64,000 nucleotides of DNA from Blastocystis sp. Blastoise. Its lineage: Eukaryota > Protista > Bigyra: Opalinata. The stretch spans positions 1,116,001 to 1,180,000 of the forward strand of contig JBBPEB010000009.1 in assembly GCA_039096225.1 (NCBI GenBank), given 5' to 3'. The translations under genes were made by a program, and so were the position numbers. The notes beneath the pieces are model-generated. The model saw only the letters and a list, made by a program, of their open reading frames with translations. It was not told the origin of the DNA and ran no database searches. Numbering within the stretch: the first letter of the stretch is position 1; the number at the start of each line of letters is the position of its first letter. Positions 55,568-64,000 of the stretch are shown in pieces.

Positions 55568-57217
55568 ATCATCATCATCATAAATAAGTTTAGTAACATT
55601 TGGAAATACACGAGTTGCCATTGTTTTCATAAATAAACTATAATCAATTTTTTCAGTCAATTCTTTAACTATAATATATTATAAATATTGATAATAATAA
55701 TTATAAATACTCCATTTCACACTTAATATACTTAAAGAATCAAAAACCCATTCTTCTAATGTTTTCAGAATAAAACTAGCTTTATATTTGGAATCATCAT
55801 CTAAGAATAAATAAATTACTTTATTTATATATTTATATACATAAACCTCTATCAATTTTTGAAATATTTAAATATGAAAATAGATGTAATAATTGAGATA
55901 TACCCCATTCTGAAGAGAATTTATCAATACTATTATATATAATTAAATATTTCATAAAATAATATAAAAATAATAAAATACATGAATGTTGTTTCTTTTT
56001 TATTATCTATATAAAATAGTCAATCATATGATTTTTAATAATATATACCACTATATTGAATTCTAACTCTATCTTCTTTTTTATTTTTATCATTTATTTG
56101 ATTTATTTCTACTTTTGAATAATCAGTTGTATATATAGCATCATCAGTAATATATTTATATAATTTAGGTATCTGACTCATTCTTCTTTTTCCATTATAA
56201 GAAATAATAAATTTATGGTTATGAATAGTACTTATATTTTCAGTGAAAATCTTATTATATTCAGTCACTTCTGAATTTGTATAATAATCATAATTTTCGG
56301 GATTTTTATCTTTATATTTGTTACTATAAAATAAACGATCATATTCTGTTGAATATTCATCACTATAGGGTTCTAATAATATTTCACTTTTCTTATAACT
56401 TGAAGTCACTATATATATTATTAATAATATCAATATATATATATATTTATACCAGTTATATATATATTCTCTATTGAAGGGAATATATCTTGAATACATG
56501 ATGGACATATATATTCTATTGGAATATTCGATGCATAATCATCTATATATATAAGAAGATATTCTATATATATATTATGACATACATTCTATAAAAACAT
56601 CAGCAACATTCATCATCTTGGTAAGTAATGACAAATTCAATAATTCATTTTTTCGTTGAGTATTTATTAAACCTATATATATATTATATTACATATAAAA
56701 ATAATAATAATAATAAAAACCTTTTATATTTATTCTTGTTCTATCTGAACTATGTAAGTCAATAGGCATATTTAGCTGGTTATCATCACCATATTGTTTA
56801 AATACACTATAATTATTCTCTTTCAAATAATTAAAAAATAACTTTTCTACATGAAATAATAAATCGTGTTGTTTTTTATTATCAATTGTAACTGAGTATT
56901 CAATAAATGTTTTATATATATCATAACTCTCTTTCAAATTTAATGAAAATATATCCACGTTATCTTCCATTAAAAACTGAATCACTTTGTCCATAGGATA
57001 ATATGGTATATCTATATAATAGCTACCATCATCATATTCCTCAGAGTGTTGAATAATATCACGAAAGGGTAATTGAGGATATTTCTCAATAAATTCTTTT
57101 GAAATCCATAATTTCGTCTCATCCTGGAATGTGAATAAATCTGAAAATAGAATAAATAGTTATAATATATATTTAAATACATTTGTCTTCTGTTAATTGA
57201 AAATCACTTGTTGACAT
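53360..57217 (-). CDS. BTB-like + LRR-like multi-exon protein, divergent subfamily B
   Basis: MSTSDFQLTEDK|YLFTFQDETKLWISKEFIEKYPQLPF...YYIDIP, then RVFPNVTKL, CFPKLHIIQY, NFPHLKSI, NFPSSSI and KFQVER-type repeats in short exons. Stop about 53360. Confidence 0.65.
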
Positions 57218-58089
57218 CACTTGAATTCAACTATAATAGCAATGTAATCCGATATTAATACGTTTTAACATATACTTTATTATATATACAATAAATAAAT
57301 ACTTTAGAAATGGTTATACTCTATTATAAACATAATAAATCATTAATAAAAGAACAAACAAAACTTGCAAATTGTTTAGAACAATCTTCATGAAAATAAA
57401 TAAAAAATGATTAGAGAATTATCAAAAGACCGCGATTATATTTTGTAAATTTTATTTTGTTGTATATGTCTCTTTAAGCAATATATGAGCATTTAAAATG
57501 TTCTTTTAGATCAATTCATGCAGTATAGCTTCGTATAAAGAAAAGGAAATATGGATATTATTGAAGTTTTGATTTTTTAATTTGATTTTCTTATTATTAT
57601 ACTTTTTCAAACGTTGATTTTATGCTCTACGAATTCAAAAATAATAGATAGATATGATGAAGTGACTCAAATAATGTTTCTATAATGTGAATGAAGTCAT
57701 TTTAAGATTAACTTACGAATTATTCAATACTTTTAATTAATATGATTTATATATATGAATACCTAGTTTATTTCATAATTAAGAACAGAAATATACCTTA
57801 GTTTAACCACATAAAAACGTATTTTGTAAAATATTTGATAGTAATATATAATAAAAATACTTTTTTGAGTATAATAGCAATCCTAAAATATAAATATCCA
57901 TTAAAAAGAATCACAGATACAATATTGACTGATATAAATAGATAAAACAATCAAACATGAATTTTAAAACTTGTGAATTCATTTGAGGGATTCAGTTTAC
58001 AACTGAAATTGTTTGAATAATTTTTATCATTTTATTATTGTCGAGTTTTTCATTCATATTCAATATTCAACACGTATTTCTTATTTTAA

Positions 58090-61000
58090 ATGCAAATATC
58101 AGATATCTCTGTTATTAAAATAATAATATAATGTTTGAAGAAGAGATGCAAAAAACAAATTGTCATAAAAAACAAAGTATTTTTTCTATTCATACATACT
58201 AATCATAGATATATAATTTTTAAAGCGTTATTTATATTACAGGATGAATCAACAATCACAATTTCAAATTCTCTTCTACACAAATATCCTAATTCCATGT
58301 TTTCTTTGATATCTATGAATACTAATGATTTCATAGAAGGATAAAAATCTTATTACATTGATCTACCATGTTTATCAATACATAAAATGATCCCATTTAT
58401 GGAGAATGTAAAAATTCTTGATATTCTGCCTTTAGAAGATGTAATTTCAATTCATTCAGATATACATCATTTTTTTTTGAGATGAATCCTATGAAGATGA
58501 GATAAAAATATATACATTTCTTTGAGATTCTTTAAATAATTTTGTTGTGAATAATAATTGTGGACTGTATTTTATTTTACTAATATTTATAGAATAAATG
58601 AAAGTGATGAAATGAAAATAATAAGATTTCAACTCATTATTCATGGTATATTTATTTTATTTTATTATTATTATATATATGAATGTATAGATATCCTAAC
58701 AGAAGAGAGAAATCAATTATTCTATCAATATTCTCCATTATTTGATTTCTTTATTATTACAATTGTTACTTTAAAATGTATATTTATATAATATATATAT
58801 TATTAATATATATAGTTGATTTCTCTGAAGTTATCTCTTATAAGTATATATATCCTTCTAATTTACATGAATTATTTCCTTCTATGAATCAATATAAAAT
58901 AAATAGTATGAATATGTAATATAGTATTATATATATATAGTATCTTATTATCTTCAGAAAAAAACTATACAAATAGATTCTAAAGAATATGATAATAATA
59001 ATGAGTATCATTATAATGAATATAGTCGTAGTTATTTTTCACAACATTATCCTGAATCATTTGAAACATATATAAATGAACATGAAGAAATGGCTTTCAA
59101 TCATTCATTTATGAATATAGATGATAATAAAGAATATAATAAAGAAGATAATAAAGATGATAATAAAGAAAATAATAAAAAAGATAATAAAGAAGATAAT
59201 AAAGAAGAAATTATACCTTTAAATATAAATAATGAAATACACTCTTTGAAAGAAGAAGAAAAATCATATTTATATGATGAGATTGATGATGATTATTCCC
59301 GTGAATATAATGAGAAACAAAAAGAATTAGAGAAAAATGATGCTGGTATTAAAAAGAAAAAGAAAACAATTAGATATATTTTCTATTATATAAATAATGA
59401 AAATAGTAAATTATATCTATATATATCTTATTAATATATATATATATAGTTCGTGATATTTTGCATCCCATTTCAGAGTAATAATATAGACACTATTATT
59501 TATAATTCTATTTTAAATCTTTTTTGCTTTGTAACGATAATTTAAGTATATATATATAGATATTCAAGTGATGAATGCTATGAAATCTTTTATTATATAC
59601 TTAATCTGCCTATATGTAAACAAATACAAGAAATAAAAACAAAATGTATATATATAGAATTCTTATTATTATTATTATTATTATATAGCAAGACAAAAAG
59701 AAATAATAAATCCAGAAATGCATCCACTTTTAAAAGCATTAAAGAATGGAATATTTGATCATATTTATATATTTAATATTCTTAATTGTATATTTATATA
59801 TTTGTTTTAATAATAATACTGTTTATATTAAATCTATATATATTTAGTTATTCAAAATAAATTCTATTCAAAATATCAAACTTTAATTCAAGAGATCATA
59901 AGTACACATATTTTTGATAATGTTACAACTCTAGAAATTAATGGTATATATATATTCTATCTACAATTATATATTATTAATATATATATAGGTGATCATA
60001 CAGATCAATGTGATATCGAATTTCAAATCGAATTACTTCATTTCTTTACAAGAACTCATTTCCCAAAGTTATCTATATATGATCTTAGTAAATATTATTA
60101 TTGTTGTCCGTACGATATTCAATCCAGATTAGCCAAATATTTAGTACCCTATTCACTTTTAGAATTAATAGATATACTATATATAAAACATTCAAACTTA
60201 TATAAGAATACATTTCCTATAAATGTAGAATCATTAGAAACTATTTTTCAAGTGAAGAAACATCATGATATTACTATTCAATGTATATATATATATGATT
60301 ATAATTATGAATAATATTTAGCATATATATTAATTGATACATTTGATGAATTAGTGAAAAGAGTATTATTTTCAGGATTATTAATTGATTATGAGGTTTA
60401 TTTTGATTGTATATTGTTATATATATAAAAATATTATATATTATTTATTTATATAGTTGATGATATATCTAAAAGTTTCAGTGATTATTCACTTATTAAT
60501 TTGAGTGTATATCCTTCTAAATTCATTGATGTCGGTATATATTTATTTTATATATATTATTTATATTAAAACAATATATTCTTTATTGAAATACTATATT
60601 TATAATAAAATATTCAATATTTAAAACTTTATTGTTTAAATTAATATACATAGAAGCTAATGTTACAGATTATACTATATTGCACAGGATGGAATGTATA
60701 TATGAACGAATCAATTGTGATCATTTAGAAGCAATATCTATTCACTGTAATCATTTATTATTCTTTTCTTTATATATATATATATAGTAATTGATATTAT
60801 AGATGAAACAATAAATGAGTATTATAATGAATATATATCATTCTTATCAACATGTAATTATACTACTGTGAATAAATTAACAATAGGTATATGTAGCTAA
60901 ACTTATAAACAATGAATATTGATTATATATAGATAAACATCAATCTTATTTTTCATCATTTGAAACACCTAATTTACAATATACAAAGGAAATTAATGAT

Positions 61001-62282
61001 GTTTTTTATAAATTCTTCTGTTACTTACGAATAATATTCAATATATATATATTTCAGGTATAAATATTATTTTTATTCTTATTCAAAATATTAATTATAA
61101 TTTACATATATAGATTTTATTCTAGCAAAATATTTACTATTTTCAAAGGATACTATACAACTACATTTATGGTCTCATTTACAAGAATTATATCTTTATT
61201 TTAGTATAAAATATATGTGAATATCCATTCTATGATTACTGTTTATATATATATATAGATGATACTATAGAGAGTTTAAGTCTTACTCTATTTAATGAAC
61301 TTGATAAAAGACAATTAAATAACTTGAAAATAGTATCTATTCTATGTCCTTGTATATATACTATATTCTATTTTATACTAGAGTATTATAGTATTCTTAT
61401 AATATTTATTATTATTTTTATAATCTATATTTATATTATTCTTGTTTTTTAATTATATAAATCTAATAATTATATACTAAACTATATATATATATTTAAA
61501 TGTTTCAATTAATCAACTATATATTCTATTATTCTATATACTACTATTTAGGTTCTATTTCGTTTGATATGACTCATATATATACATTTATTGATTCATT
61601 CAAAAACGCTTCTTCTTCTTTTCAGAATCTTAATACGTTCAAAATATTAATTAAACCAATGTGTATATATATTTTAATTGAATTCATTATTCTATTTATA
61701 TACATATTTTACACATTTTTTCAATTTACAATTATTATTTATATTAATAAGTTATATATAATAGTAACTAGAATTCATCATGATTTTCCTATTCTATAGT
61801 TGGTGATAACACTATTGATATTCATCTACTTGAGTCATTTCCATCCTTCTCTTTCTATTTACATAAGCCAATTACTTCTATTATTATGTGTAAAGATATT
61901 TGTTGTTTTGGTAACTCCATTCATTCCTATGAAAACTATATATATACTCAATTAAACTCAAAGTATTCAAAGAATATTCAATACTTAGAAATATGTATTT
62001 TTATTATGATTTATATATATATGTTTGTAATGTACATTTTTTTTTAGTTATCGCAAATAGTTCAGTATTCACAAATATTGTACAGTTAGTAGTAAAAGAT
62101 ACATTTCCATTCTTGAAGAAAATCAAAATATATTTATGCTGTATATTTTTAATATAAAATTTATAATATATATAGCATCATTTGATTTCAATGAAGAAGT
62201 GATATTATTACAGTCGTATAATGATACTCATTTATTCTATTGTGAAATTATTCAATGTCGTTTACAAGATGATGATTATTAA
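58090..62282 (+). pseudogene. BTB-like + LRR-like family A, copy 4; probable pseudogene
   Basis: LFILQDE...KYPNSMFS...FIEG*KSYYIDLP has an in-frame TAA at 58342-58344 where paralogues have Glu, and an apparent frameshift in a T run near 58470-58478. Downstream exons (YKYIYPSNLHELFP, THFPKLSIYD, TFPFLKKI) are retained. Confidence 0.68.
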
Positions 62283-62648
62283 AGTAATTATAAATAATTA
62301 TAAATATTTATTTATATGTATGATATTTATTTATGGGTTTATTAAGTTGTTAATGGATATTTTGTAGAAATTTATTGTAGTTATATTTGTTGTTTATAAA
62401 AAATATTATATGCAATTAATTCCAAAGATTTTTGTATAGAAATGTTATTTTGTAATTATAAATTTTTATTCATTCTAAACTATTCAGTAAAATAGATTAA
62501 AAATATTCATTAAAGACTATATTATATAAGATATGATTAAAAACTAAAAGAAAAACATATATATAAATATTATAATGGATATAAAACAAAGTATATATAT
62601 AAATGAATGTATATAAAAAGTGTGTTGCGAATATAAATATGCAACTAT

Positions 62649-64000
62649 TTAAATATAAATTCTTCCCCAGACTTCATAATCTTCTACTGTAAAATCATTA
62701 ACAGAATTAGCATTATTAGTATTCACAAATAATGATGATTCTTGAGGAGTATTTATCTCTGCATAGCGTGTTGCATTACAATAAGAATTAGTATTACTAT
62801 GACATTGATCACATATCGTTATATCACCACCAGATCCAAATACTGGACCATATGAAGAATTACAATATATAGCTTTACTTCTATCACTATTTGTATAATC
62901 ATATTGAGCAGGAGGAATATTATGTTCATTACTTAATGTAAATAGAAACTCTTTAGAATAAGGTTTCCAACCTATATAAATGATATTGAATAATTAATAA
63001 AAAATAAATATACCAGTTGAACTATCCCAAATATTATCTGTATATCCTCCAAATATATTAATATTATTATTATGACCTTTATGTTTGATTATAGTCACTG
63101 TTTCTCCTTTATTATCACAATATTTATGGAATTCACTTACTTTATATTCATGTTCACTTGCTCTATATATATAAAATAATATAATATAATATAAATATAC
63201 CTAAATAACAATTTCCATTTCTTTTCTTTACCAAGCCAATTTACTAAAGGAGTTTCAAAACATTTCTTCTCAATTATTTTTGAGTTTATAAATACAGTTG
63301 GTTTTCCTATCATTGCTTCTTTCACAGCTTCCTTTCCTTGATCACCAAATAATTCAACCATTTCGTTCTCTAATAAATCCTTATTAATATCAATAATCTT
63401 TTCTTCTTCTATATCTATATATCCATTATTCACATATTCATTAATATATTCAATATATTCATATTTCTTATCAATATATAAACTATCTTCAATATTATTA
63501 TAATCAATAAATCCATTATCGTAATTTTTAACATAATTATTCCATAATCCATTCTTTATGAAATATTCTTTAATAATATCATTCTTATTTCCATTAATAA
63601 TCAAACTTATTTCATCTCCTTCTTCATATTTCTTCATCTTTCGATCTCTTCTTTCTCTACAATTGATTAATTCTATAGGAATTACTAAGCCACAAAATTC
63701 AAATAAATTCAATAATTCTAATTGTTCTTCATAAGAAAAATGATCAAAATCTACTTTCTTTCCATTCAAATAATCTAATAAATAATAAATAAAAGCATCA
63801 TTACCTCTATAATCAAGATATATAGATCCATCATTTGTTCTTTTTTCTTCTTCGCGTTGATCATCTATAAAAGAACCTTTCAAAGTATCTAAAACAGATT
63901 TCGATATTTGAAATACAGGACCTCTATTCGTAAACTGAATTAAATCATTATCATTATCATTATTATCATCCATATCCATCTTCATATCTTCATTATTATT
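62649..64000 (-). CDS. BTB-like + TLDc protein (family T, copy 3), 5' end beyond the window
   Basis: Close paralogue of 28712-30247 with two short introns; TLDc ends FTVEDYEVWGRIYI TAA at 62649. Confidence 0.85.

Overview
Very AT-rich, intron-dense eukaryotic DNA from a protist. The expanded BTB-like/TLDc families and short AT-rich GT-AG introns suggest a Blastocystis-like stramenopile, but that is inference only. Left third: 3' exons of a GT49/LARGE-like glycosyltransferase, an intronless secreted QRT3-like pectin-lyase-fold gene, six identical tRNA-Asp(GTC) genes (four in a mirror arrangement) and a large Asn-rich USP deubiquitinase. From about 18 kb to the end lies a birth-and-death cluster of two BTB-like families: multi-exon BTB + LRR-like genes with mostly phase-1 introns, and BTB + TLDc genes. 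They form repeated tail-to-tail modules, and several copies are pseudogenes or relics. The main finding is a 13.6-kb CACTA/EnSpm transposon at 35383-48999, inserted into one of these modules. It has 13-bp TIRs (C/A)ACTATCAGCGAT and a GTT target-site duplication. It carries an apparently intact spliced transposase, a divergent small accessory gene, a 2.6-kb 19-bp minisatellite and a captured, intron-containing, decayed fragment of the host exportin-7 gene. All exon structures were read by eye and are approximate.
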